DNA of 63,744 bases, counting the filler, from Atractiella rhizophila (Eukaryota): assembly GCA_021432655.1 (NCBI GenBank). It is 9 parts of 9 records of this genome, joined end to end, with 100 filler letters (N's around TTAATTAATTAA, not from the genome) between each part and the next. Parts side by side here need not be neighbours in the genome. Positions count along the whole stretch, not along the records: positions 33,922 to 42,196 come from MU272161.1; positions 42,297 to 50,516 come from MU272162.1; 7 more parts are not named here. The stretch is one strand, 5' to 3'. Shown piece after piece: positions 38,801 to 49,562 of the stretch. Both the position numbers and the translations under genes were made by a program. A model generated the notes under the pieces. The model saw only the letters and a list, made by a program, of their open reading frames with translations, did no database searches and was not told where the DNA came from. How positions within the stretch are numbered: position 1 is the first letter of the stretch; each line of letters starts with the position of its first letter.

Positions 38801-39900
38801 GGAGCATCATAAATGTCACGATACCTTCCATCCTGTCTGCGCGGTCGAAAGGGTTCTTCCAACATATCCTCAACGTCAGCACGGGATAGGAAATATTGAA
38901 GCCAAGATGTGAAAGATTGTGTTGAGTAGAGAGCTCGAGGGATCTTCAACTGTGCAGTCCCCTTGATGGTTCTCCTGTCTTTCTTGAACAACGGTTCTCC
39001 GCATTCTCTAGCCTTTGGAGTCTCATTGCGATTACAAATATCCTGCGTTGTATTTGTCCATTCGTACTGCTGATGGCATTTAGGACAGCACAATCTGCGC
39101 TCGAACGAAGGTTCAATTCCTAGGCGTTTGTAGATGGATCGAGAATCCGTTGGAAAGTAAGACAGAAACTCGGATGCGTCCTCGCGTAGACGTGAAATAT
39201 TGGCGTCAAGTGTGGCGCGGGCAGGAGAAATATCGTCTAACAGTCGAATTCCACTAAGGAAACCTAATACAAGGGCAAGTGTAATCAATATCTTCCCGAC
39301 TTTGGCCACGATTGAGGCGCTTCTGCGGCTAATGCCCGCACAAAGCGTTAACCAACCCATGAAAGCGAGGTAGATGTGGAAAATGATCCGGGATTCCATT
39401 CCATTTTTCTGATTCTGAAATACTATGATATGTTATTAGCATAACATTGATAAACATATGAAAGTGTACCGTTCTTGGGATCTTGCCCTCCTTTCTGAGG
39501 TGATGGTGAACGACGTCGTGAACCTGCTCTCATTGGAGAGACACTTTTGGCATGTCTGCGAGCAGAAAGAACGTCAACATTTTTCGAAGTCTTCCAATCC
39601 TTTTGACCAGGAACATGACTTTCGAACAATAGTGTATCTAAGAGCCAATTGTTTAGATCGGGAGTCTACGAATGTACTGCCCGTACCTAGATCTTCTCCA
39701 TCTCGATTATTGCGTCCACGATGATCTATTTCCTTTCGCTTACGCTTCTCATCTCGGCGTCGATGCTCATATTCTGTTTTTCGCATTTGAGGGAGGCCAC
39801 GATGAGGGTCTGATGGATCGACGCAGTCAGAGCAGACGCAAACTGTCCTTCCTTCGGGGGCTTGATCGTGTAAGATATAACCTCCTGCTGTTGTTGCCAT
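35807..39900 (-). mobile_element. CMC/EnSpm (CACTA)-like DNA transposon, Transposase_21/tnp2-type gene, disrupted near its 3' end
   Basis: N-terminal CVCSDC...H; CCPKC finger; FFSDWYNPF, CLNLP...RYRPENL, GDIPALRK..FASHSA..FCSLC, VMHN, GRLKADAW, PNHHFAMH, WGP..SEWPGER; C-terminal FSTYNKHKGNS...GQISSIFQH. Introns after 39687, ~39468 and ~37158. Confidence 0.88.
36083..36864. repeat. 272-bp direct repeat (36083-36354 and 36593-36864) flanking a 238-bp unrelated insert
   Basis: Copies offset by 510 bp; only two differences seen (36091/36601 and 36313/36823). Confidence 0.95.
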
Positions 39901-42296
39901 GATGGAGCGAGGCTCTTAATTTGAGGTAGGGGCCGCTCTTGATCTGATCTTTTTGATGTCGATCAGACGGGTCCGATGTTGCAATCGTTCCACCTTTCCA
40001 GCCTGTCTTGCCCATTCAGGCTTCAGTGTTGTAGCCCACAAAACACTCCCCTGGGCTGTTGATAGACGTGTAAGACCGTTCCCTGTACAGGGGTGGGGAG
40101 TTGCCCAACGGTTTGAAGGTATTGCAGGTATGGGAGAGCTCGAGGAGTGGAGAGGGTGAATATCAGATTTGTTGAAAGAAAACTGCCCAGGATGTCGTGG
40201 GCTCGGTATCTGTGTGATAAGAGCCGTTCAAGGATTCGAAGGTACGTCATTGAAGAGACAGTCACATTTCATCGAGATGCTGATGTTTGCTAGATACTGG
40301 GACATGAGTAGCTGATTCTGGGTATTTCACGTCCTAGCAAGAACGACACGGCGGTCACGGTTAAAATCGAAGGATGGTGGGTAGTTCAAGTTGAAGTGGA
40401 TGCGAGGGTACTCTAGAAAAGGAGAAGCTACGATGGATGGATGGGGCGGGCAAGGGGGGTGAAGGAAGTGACGAAATTGGGGGGGATAAAAATTGTGGAT
40501 TGGTAGAAGAACGTGTTTGCGTTAAGAACGAGAGACAATGCTGCAAGCAAGTCTGCATCATTTCCTGCTTCCACTATGACGATGCCCCTCACCTCCATTC
40601 AATGGATGAGGAAAATAGCTGATGAGAAGTGGCACACTTGCTCCTCCACTAAAGGTCCTTCCCTAGCACATCGGCAACAGGCCGTAAAAGCACATTGACA
40701 AGAGCCACTAGCTAACGGGAATGAACTGGATGAAAGAGAGGTGAATTTCATCCGCTATGTTGCCGCGTGCTCCTCCAAATCAAGACTTCTAGCATAAGAA
40801 CGCTCTTCCTCTCGACACAGCCGAGGACAATTTCCTACTTCCCTCGAGTCTCCGTCTTTCCTCATGAACCTGATGCCGAAGAACTACAAAGCACAGGGTA
40901 AATTGCGCGGACAAGTCTCGAAAGTACTCGCATGACCTATCTGTATTCGATTTGAGGAAGAGGATTCAGAGATTAATGAGCGCAATGCAACGGAGATGAG
41001 GAGCGAAAGGGTCGCTGGAGGGTGCGGTGAGAACCGGAGGTTGGTCAGTTGATGTCCTCGTTCCGTCCCAGCATCCTGTCTGTGCCTCCCTTTCGTTATC
41101 CAACCCGCAACCCGTCTGCCGCACGCTGTGGCCGATCCATAACGAGAGTGGTAAGGGAACTGGAAGAGTAAGAGGACGAAAGTCATGTGATGGACTCCGA
41201 TTAGAAACGGTCGCAGCATCACGGTGCGTGGTTGAGGGGGACAAGTCATACAGCCCTCCTTTGCTGCTGACCACCTTCCGATGCTTCCTCCATCTCTTTC
41301 GCCATCCGACCTCCTTCGTACACTCCACCGACGAATTCCGGTCCTGTGGATGCGAAAGAAGGCGAAAGCGGTTGGTGGGAAGCGAAACAAAGTATGAGGA
41401 CATGGCGGAGAGCTAGAAACACAGTGAGAAGGGGGGGGGGCGAAGGGCTAGCGGCGTCCTTACGACGTCCAGCTTCGTTCCCACAAGCTCGTCCTCGCAA
41501 CGCGATGTCGCACCACGCAAGCTCCGCGGTCCGTAGTTGGAGGCTTCTGACGGCGGAGGGTCGATGGGCGGCAAGGTGCAGGGAAGTCGGAAGGTGAGGC
41601 GGGGACCGGGTTGGGATAGCGAAATGAGGCGGCGGAAGGCGACAGGGAGTGAGCGGCTTGTAAGGCTTCTCCGACATCCTAGCTCCTCTATGTCGTTGTC
41701 TTTCGCGTTCTGCTCTTCTGTGGTGCTAGAGGATGCCATGTCTGGAGTGTAGAGTGAGGAGACGGCGAGAAGGAGGGAACGAGCGTGGAGAATCACACTA
41801 TGTCAGGCCGTGTACTTAGTTCTGGGAGGTTAGTCTAACTTTCCCCCCCGCTTCCTGAAAGGTAATGTCACTGATGAGATTAAATGTCGCTTAGATCCCT
41901 CAGTTCGAACAGAGGGAGATATGCTGCAGCCTACTTTGCCTTCTCTGATTAGCCCGGTATCACCAAAACGAGCATCTAAACGTGGCGAGTTTCTCATCAT
42001 TGTTTGATGGCCTTCTAAGTATCCTTTTTCCGTCTAGCTCTGTCAGTAAACAGCATTTCTAGTACCACTTCTCGACGATCTCTCCGAATAAAAATCCTAA
42101 AGGAGCGTGAAGAAGACGTTGGTGTTTCAATGGACATGGAAGATGTTTTAGGTTCACAGTCATGGTCTCTCTTTCTATGGTTGTAAATTAACCATANNNN
42201 NNNNNNNNNNNNNNNNNNNNNNNNNNNNNNNNNNNNNNNNTTAATTAATTAANNNNNNNNNNNNNNNNNNNNNNNNNNNNNNNNNNNNNNNNNNNN

Positions 42297-42825
42297 TCCG
42301 AATCTTCAGACTCACCATACTCATTGACGATGCGTCCTATGACCGTCGTATCGCCCTCATCATTTTCGGCTACGATCCAGCTCAAGAGGCCCTTGCTTTC
42401 CAGCACAGACGTGTCCCTTGGATCCTTGTAATACAGCATAAAGTCTCTACTCTCCGAACCAAGCTCCGGCGCAGAAAGCAGGTCCGGCCTTCACCTCCAT
42501 TACCTCTGCCTTGACATAAGTAGGAACAAAGGATGCTCACCTGGACGAGAAAAGACTAATGACGCAGTTCTTCAGCTTCGTCTTTCCGAACCTCTCTCTC
42601 CCCCTCTCCCTCCCACCTCCATTCTCCTTCTCCCTTCGCGGCTTCCTCCTCTTGATAACGTCAACCTTCAGCGTCCCTTCCGGTCTGCAGCACAGGTTGA
42701 AGCTCGGGGTATACTCAGGTCCAGGGGCCGTTTTGGAGCTCGAATAAAACAGTTTGACTGTACATCCTCAACTCAAAATACAACGATTGGAAGTAGAAAG
42801 CACCAACCACCCATGAGTCTGACAT
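42297..42825 (-). CDS. Ams2/Spt21 N-terminal-domain protein, 3'-truncated
   Basis: Spliced translation VKLFYS...FNLCCR...FGKTKLKNCVISLFSSRPDLL...RDFMLYYKDP...ESKGLLSWIV...TVIGRIV follows the Ams2/Spt21 N-terminal pattern (KVLY, LKxC...PEL, DYxVY.xD, GxLSW, VxGR). Confidence 0.55.
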
Positions 42826-43064
42826 CGTTTGGCTTCGCGGTCGAAGGAAGGGTCGACGTCTGGACATCCTCCATCGTGCGTTCCCGCGTATCAATATCAA
42901 CGCGGAACTGAACAGGAGAGAAGAGCAAAAATCAGCGCCTGTAAAGCGCGTCACAGCTGCTCTCGAACACTTTAACAGGGAGAGGAAAGCGACTGAACGT
43001 CGTCGTGGTTCGGGGTGACACCCAAAACAGTCCCTTATTGCATCCTCACGTGACCACAATCACA

Positions 43065-43073
43065 TATATAAGG
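43065..43073 (+). promoter_or_regulatory. TATA box upstream of the H/ACA snoRNA
   Basis: TATATAAGG about 45-50 nt before the first stem of the RNA. Confidence 0.6.
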
Positions 43074-43116
43074 TTCGGAACGCACTTTTTGATTTTTTTC
43101 ATGAACAACGAAAGAA

Positions 43117-43372
43117 GCGGCGCATAAAGTGAGTGTTTCTCCATTCTCCTTGCAAGTCAAAGCAGTGTTCTGACGATGGTGATGTATGGTTCAGGTTCGG
43201 GTCTTTCATCTATCGAGTTGGAAAGAATCCGCGTTCCAGCGCCGCAGATTGAACGTCTGTTCGCTCACGGTGTGCTCGAGAAGTCGAAGGGAAATCGCCT
43301 GGTCTTTCTTTTGTAGGAGGCATGTGGTGGTATGAACTTTGACGGAGCGCGGTGTGTGATTGGACTACATTT
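43117..43372 (+). ncRNA. SNR37: Box H/ACA snoRNA, probable snR37/ACA10-type guide for LSU Psi2944, interrupted by a 66-nt intron (43129-43194)
   Basis: After splicing: lower stem GCGGCGC(43117-23)/GCGCCGC(43239-45), pocket AUAAA|GUU and CGUUCCA, upper stem CGGGUCUUUC/GAAAGAAUCCG, H-like box AGAUUGA at 43246 (14 nt from the pocket top), long second hairpin 43255-43365, ACA at 43367-69 followed by a U tract. Confidence 0.72.
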
Positions 43373-43933
43373 TTATTTGTGATATGGTAATGTGATTATG
43401 AAATTTTTGTTTCAGAAGGGGTTTGGATGTGGTGCGAGGTAGTGGGTTGGTCACAATTGCGCCAAATTTGCATAGACAGAGAGAGAAAGCAGCCGAACTA
43501 ATCGCTCTGCTTACCCACAAAAGAGTCAAGACGACTAGGAGCTCTGCGCCTTTATGTCTTGATGTCTCTGGGTCCAGCTCAAGCTGTCTCCTAAAACGGG
43601 ACGAAGGGAAGACAACCGCTTCAGCATGTCTTCGCGACCATGCCATCAACCCCAGTCCATCATGTATACAGGGACCAGGCAGGTAAATGTACGGTAACGC
43701 ATGTGAGTAGCGGCACGACGACAACCTCAGACATCAGATTGCTCAAACCGTCGAGGGAAAGAGAAGCGAGAGAGCCATTCTGTCGTGATGAACGAGGGAA
43801 TGACCTCACCCGTTCATAACAATCTACAGTGTGCACAACAATGAAGCAAGCAGAACTCTAAGATGGCCCTCTTCCGACCTCGACCAAGCAAAGAAACGCA
43901 CGCTCAGTCCCATATGTTTCACATACATGAATT

Positions 43934-44435
43934 TCACTCATCCGCATCCTTCACCTCCTCCGCCTTCGGAATCGCCCTCAAGCTCTCTCCTCTCATCTTT
44001 CCCGCAAAGTCCCACCTCCTCTATCCAACCAAACCGTCCCATCCACAACACACATCAATACCAATTCCCTTTCCACCTCATGGAGAGGGTTAGGGAGAGG
44101 AGAAACGCACCTCGGTGCTCTTCAACAGTCCTAAGCTAAACAGAGGCAGGGCGACGATCCAAAAGACGCTGTGGAAGGTGGTCCGGGGTGTGAAGCGGAA
44201 GGTCTTGTATGAGTTGTCTCGTGCGCGCACCCAGGCGTCTATTGCTGGGTCGAACTAATAAACGTCATGCCGCAACCGTACCAAGGAGATTGGAAAGTCC
44301 TTCTGTCAGTACAGGCATGTTGGCTGGGGAAGGAGGGACTGACTTTGACGGAGTCTGGTTGGTCGGTTAGTTAGTGGGCTCGTTTAGAATGAGAGGGTAG
44401 AGAGACGTACGGTACTCGTGTGGTCCTCCTGCCAT
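43934..44435 (-). CDS. NDUFB4: Complex I accessory subunit NDUFB4 (B15/NB5M), 88 aa; exons 44435-44411, 44354-44344, 44254-44111, 44020-43934
   Basis: MAGGPHEYHSVKFDPAIDAWVRARDNSYKTFRFTPRTTFHSVFWIVALPLFSLGLLKSTERRWDFAGKMRGESL...; DPA..W, FRFTPRT, one TM helix and WD..GK are family hallmarks. Not in the ORF track. Confidence 0.88.
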
Positions 44436-44589
44436 GTTCACTTTGGCAGAGTCAAACAATATCAATCCTCTAATCGAAATCGTCGTTTTGTCACCTTGGA
44501 GCTCCGTGCGGACGGGTAGTCTTCTATGCTTTCTATAGTTTCTTCCTTCCCGCTTAAAACTCACCCACCAGCAAAACACTGAGCACAAC

Positions 44590-45870
44590 ATGTCTGCACC
44601 TCCACCGCACACGTCCGCATCGACCTCCAGCGGTAAAAAGAAGGCCTTGCCTCCACCTGCGACCCCGGAAGAGACCTACAAAGCGCTCCAATCACGAATA
44701 GCCGCGTGAGTTTTCCCAGTCCAACGCAACTAAACAACCAAATATCGAAAGACGAAGAGAATTGTCCCGCAGAACTTGCTAGCATGCCTGCTGAGATGTT
44801 GATGTTGTGTAGACGGAGATATTCATGTTGACTTGAGATGTTGAGGGAGTGAAGGTGGAGATGTTGTTGACTTGGGAGGGTTAGGTAGACTCGAAAGCTC
44901 GAACGCTGCGTTGGAGGAGGAGGTCAGGAGGGACGAAAGCGCTGCGAGGGAGAGGTTGGGTGGCGGTGGGGACGGGGATGGGGAAGTGTTGGGGAAAGGA
45001 GAAGTGGAGAGGAAGTACATCGAACTTGTCAGTCTCTCTTCATGCAGTCACTTCTTCGGGAAAGAGAGGGTTGAAAGATGGTTTTTGTTTGAGACAGTTC
45101 AAGGAGATGAAGAGGAACGAAAGGGAGTGGATGAAAGAGAAGAAGCGGCTCCTAAAAGACAAAGAACTAGGTGTGCCTCCCTCCTCTCTTTCTTTCTAAC
45201 TATGCGCTTACGATTCGGCATCGCATCGATGGACAGTCAAATCCGACCTCACGAAAGCTAATGCGGCGCGGACCAAGCTCGAGAAGCTCTCGAGGGACCT
45301 GACGAAGGAGAACAAGCGCTTGGCGTCCCTTTCCGCCTCTACCTCTGCCTCTGCTTCCACTTCAACTTCCACCGTCGCCGTCGGAGGAGGGGCGAGTGAA
45401 CGTCGACTGTCAACGTTAGAGGCGGAGGTGGAACAACAATACGAGGTCCGTCCTTCCCTGTCCTTCTCCCTTCTCTCTTCCCATTGTGTGATTGTGTGTT
45501 ACGTTGGAGAGTGCAACTGATGATGAATGGTGGATGTGGATAGATGAGAGAGAAGTACTACGAATGCGTGCTCCGCGCTAAAGATTTGGAGGTCGCGTTG
45601 GAGAGGGCGAGAGGGGAGAAGTGGAGGAGGAGGGCGGAGGAGTTGGTGAGTCTTCCTCCGTCCATCTTTCTGTTTGGATGTGACTGATTGTTCGAGCAAT
45701 GTGGGTGCGGTAGGAGAGGGAGAGGGAGAGGACGAAACGGTAGCATTTCTTCGGTCTGGTCGACGTCTGCGTTGGCCAATTCGCAGTTGTGTTCCAAATG
45801 CCAATTTCGAAAAGGGATATATACCGAGCGACTAGTATGGGGGACGGAGCTCGAAGGAGCGCGTAGATAG
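44590..45870 (+). CDS. Taxilin-family coiled-coil protein (short); 3' end uncertain
   Basis: KYIEL|FKEMKRNERE...KANAARTKLEKLSRDLTKENKRL and MREKYYECVLRAKDLEVAL resemble the taxilin KLExLCRELQ and RExHF..K.LE motifs. Confidence 0.7.
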
Positions 45871-46452
45871 GGAGCGCTCTTCTTTGTTGTGTTTATACTT
45901 TGCCTTGCGAGGATGATATCAAGCATCAAGCACATCAGGGATCATGAATCATCAATGGGGGAATGGTGAGATAGTAATACAAGATAAATGTTGCTCGATA
46001 TTCACATTGATTGACATCATTTGCTCCAACTTAACGTACCATCGCCGTTTCCTTCTCTCTGCCACTCCGCTAACCAGTCCTACCAATCCACCCTTCTCCG
46101 TTCGCAAAAGTCTGAATTATCACATTATCATATCATCTTACGCCATTCTTCAGCTCATTCCTCTATCCTCCACGCATATTAAACCCGGCAAAAAGTGATG
46201 ACCAATAGATAGACTCGGGAAAGTTGGGTCTAACTTGGCGTAGATGATGATCGTGGAAAGAATGCCGTGATAGTCTTTAGGAGAGGAGAAGGTAGAGAGA
46301 GTAGGGTAGAGTTAGAAAAGACTACGAATCGCTCCTCTCTGTCGGTTCGCCTTTTGAGCTGTCATCCCGAAATTGACAAGTCAACACCTGACCGACTGAT
46401 CCCAAGCGATAAGGGAGAAGCAAAGATCATGCATTTCGAACGAGAGCTTCTC

Positions 46453-46963
46453 TCATATGCAACGTAGCCCTCCCATTGCCTTCGCGGCCCTTGAAAAAAG
46501 ATTAAGGAAGTTGGAGACGCACCCTTGTGGCCATTCCCGGTTTCCCTCTTCCTCCGACTTCTGCACTTGTCGTCTGAACAGGCTCCTCCCTTGAGGTGTT
46601 TCTGCTTCTACGACGAGTAAAGGCGAATCAAAGGATCGCTGTAACAATGCCTACCGACCCAAACGTACCACAGTCAGCAATTCACATTCAAACTTCAATA
46701 TTCCAAGTCCATAACTTGAAGACTTCGCAACTTGAAATTTTCGTGAAATGACCTGAGGAGAAGATATAAAGACACACCTGCCTCCGTATGGATGCCAACT
46801 CGTCTTCTAAGGCTGATATCTCGCTGGAGGTGGGTTGGGCGGGAAGAGAGCGGAAGAGGAGGCGGGTGTGCTGGAAGAAGTAGGTGCGGAAGTTGTACGA
46901 CGGGAAAGAGAGCGCGGCGCGGAGTGTGCGTCTGTACAATGTTCGTAGGCTGGTAGAAGACAT
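46453..46963 (-). CDS. ISD11: LYR-motif protein Isd11/LYRM4 (cysteine desulfurase partner); exons 46963-46778, 46650-46453
   Basis: LYRRTLRAALSFPSYNFRTYF...FR...LASIRRQ|ALLQRSFDSPLLVVE. Confidence 0.85.
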
Positions 46964-47131
46964 CCTTTCTGGCCTTTCAGACTATTTACCTCACTCTCAA
47001 TATTCTGGATCTTGAATCGCTTCGTTGATTTGCTTTGCCTTGGTTTGGTTTGCTGGTTTGGTGGGAGAACTTAAAGTTGGCACAGTATCCGGCCGCAGGA
47101 AAGATCAAATCCAGCGAGTTTGAAAGGAGAG

Positions 47132-49311
47132 ATGGAGGCGGATAGCGTGCCAAAGAAGAAGGCTACGGTGAGAGAGCTGAAGCAGAAGGACTCGGAGAAA
47201 GAAAAGGCGAAGGAGCGGGAGAAGGAGAAGTTCATTTGGAGACAGGTCCTCGCGAACCCTCACAGTGCTAAAGGACAGAGTTGGTGAGTTTGTCGTCTTT
47301 CTTTTAGTATCAGGGAGGGGAGGGAGTGTTGTTTTTGCTGCTCAGAAGGAAGATTCTGTGTGCTCTATGAAGGACTTCAGCATCTGTTTCGACTGGGAAC
47401 ACTCCATTTGCTCCGTACGCTATTGTACAATCTTGCAACACCAGGAAAAACCTGGCGTATCACAGGAATAGGAATTAAAGAGTACCTTTTGGGAAGCTTC
47501 ACACATTACACTAACTTTGGACATCACTACTCACTAGCGTCCACAGGCCACACCTCCCATCCACTCCCGAAGGCTTAAACCTCTGCAACGAGCTCATTTC
47601 CCTCTTGTCTCCGATAGGAGAACAACGTAGCGCCGAATCGGGGTCGTCGAACTCGAAATCGAAGAAGCGAAAGCGCAAGGAAGCAGCCTCGTCCTCGTCC
47701 GTGAGCACGAAGAAACAGAAGGTAGCGACGGAACCAGTTGTTTCAGGATCAGGAGCGGATGTTCCCATGGAGGTGGACGCGACTGGTGGATCTCAGGACG
47801 CAGTCGTTGTCAGGTCGTATACGTTGAGGTCGGATAAGGTGGTGGAATATCGACCTCGTCAGAACTTGTTCAATGCTTCTAAAACTGCCAGCGGTCAAGA
47901 GGACGCGAATGGGAAGATGGAGCAGGGGGTGGAGATGCTGGAGGAAGTGAAAGGGGAGGCAGCCGTGAACGATGAATTGCTGCAATTCGTCACGATAGGG
48001 ATTAACGACGTCACGAAACAATTGGAGAGGATGATACATTCTCGAAGAGCTGTTGAGGTCGGAGCTTCAGATGATGTCCCAGTTGCCCAAGTAAAGGAGA
48101 CGGAGAAAACGAACCCATCGGAAGATGCGCTCGCTTCCGTCTTTCTATCAAACCTCCAACCAGCCATACCACCTCCGATTTCTTTGCAAGCAGCTCCTCC
48201 AGAACTAGTATCGAAGAGGATCCAGCTAGCGCAACTCTCCAAGCCCATGGGATCAGAAATCAGGATCAAACGGGACACGATAGCCCTCGACCTCGACCTT
48301 CCTTCTTTCCGATACCTCGCCAAACCCAACTCAGAACAAGACGTGGGGAATCAACCATCGTCGTATGCCCTATTCCAGGATATGCCATCCCTCCCCCCGA
48401 TTCCTTCCCTCCCTGATTTTCATACGCAACCTCACCCTCCGATACTCAATGGGAAACCTCATCCTTCGAAGAATTCCGCTCTCGTTACGGATTCGGTCTT
48501 GAAAGAGCTTTATAGACCGATGGTCGAAAGCATTTACAGGGAGGAGAGGGAGAGAAAGATTAATTTGAAGAAGAGGGGAGCGAAAATGCGGAGGGTGAAG
48601 AGGGAGGTTGAGAGGATGGAGATGTTGGTTGCTGCAGGAAGATTTGTGAGCTCGAAACAGAAGATGCAGAAAAAGGAAAGAGGGATGAAAGGGAGTCGCA
48701 AGAAGAAGGAGAAGAAGGAACAGGTGGATAGAGGAGATGCGAGAATCGTCCTGGTTTGTAGGGACGACCTGAACCCGCAGAGCTTGACGGATCATCTCTT
48801 GCAGATGGTAGGAAGTTGGAATGCGTTATGCGAAGAGGAGACAAAGGCAGATGAAGGAGATGAACAAGCGGAGAGGAAATCATCGGAATCCAAGCCTGAT
48901 AAGAAGGAGGAGAAGGTGTTTCTAGTCGCTTTACCACAGGGCAGTGAAGTATCACTTGCGAAAGCTCTCGGTGTGAGACGTGCAGCTGCCATCTCCCTTT
49001 CTTCGACCTTCCCCTCCCTCGAACATATCGTCTCGCTTCTATCTACCAATGGCATCTCGCCCATATCCCTTCCGAACCTCAATCGTCCCAGGTCGTATGA
49101 ACAGACCCACATCAAGCATCTGAAGACGAGCGTGCCGACGGACTTGAAGGAGAGGAAAGAGGTGAAAGCAGAGAAGAAGAAGAAAAGGAAGGAGGAGATA
49201 CGGGCAAAGGAGAGGAAAAGAAAGGATGCGCTGAAGTTTGAGAAGAAGTTGAAGCAGAAGGAGCAGAAGAAAAACAAGACGCAGATGATGAACCGGGCAC
49301 AGTCACAATGA
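47132..49311 (+). CDS. POP3: RNase P/MRP subunit Pop3/Rpp38-like (L7Ae fold) with large insertions; exons 47132-47283, 47547-49311
   Basis: VLANPH...W|PHLP...LISLLSPIG; VTIGINDVTKQLE; IVLVCRDDLNPQSLTDHL; LVALPQGSEVSLAKALGVRRAAAISL; THIKHLKTSVP. Confidence 0.72.
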
Positions 49312-49562
49312 AATTCGCTTTAGCAGACTTCACTGTTGAAGTATTTACAAAACAACTCGTTATCATTGTCATACACCCTTGATCTCAAAATATAACGCGA
49401 TTCGACGCGGCAACATCATGTGATCTACGCAAAACTTGAGTTCGGGACAGATTCAGGTGGGTTGCGTTCCTGGCTGCCACGACGCTAGAACGCGTCAAAA
49501 ACGACGGGATTGGCCTCATCCTGCTCTATTTTAATGTTCTTTAGATAGTCTGTAAGGAGAAG

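Noticed and set aside
43101..43127. Mini-ORF MNNERSGA* after the TATA box
   Set aside because: Eight codons overlapping the H/ACA stem; the ncRNA model explains the region better.
43660..43695. ATTTACCTG on the minus strand as a U1 snRNA 5' end
   Set aside because: Does not match AUACUUACCUG, and no U1-70K or U1A loops follow.
43786..43818. Hairpin ATGAACG...CGTTCAT as a SECIS element or C/D snoRNA
   Set aside because: Fully Watson-Crick with no tandem G-A quartet, no properly placed C/D pair, and no in-frame TGA in the neighbouring gene.
44085..44096. CCCTAACCCT as a telomerase template or telomeric seed
   Set aside because: Only 10 nt inside a 90-nt intron, with no array or supporting structure.
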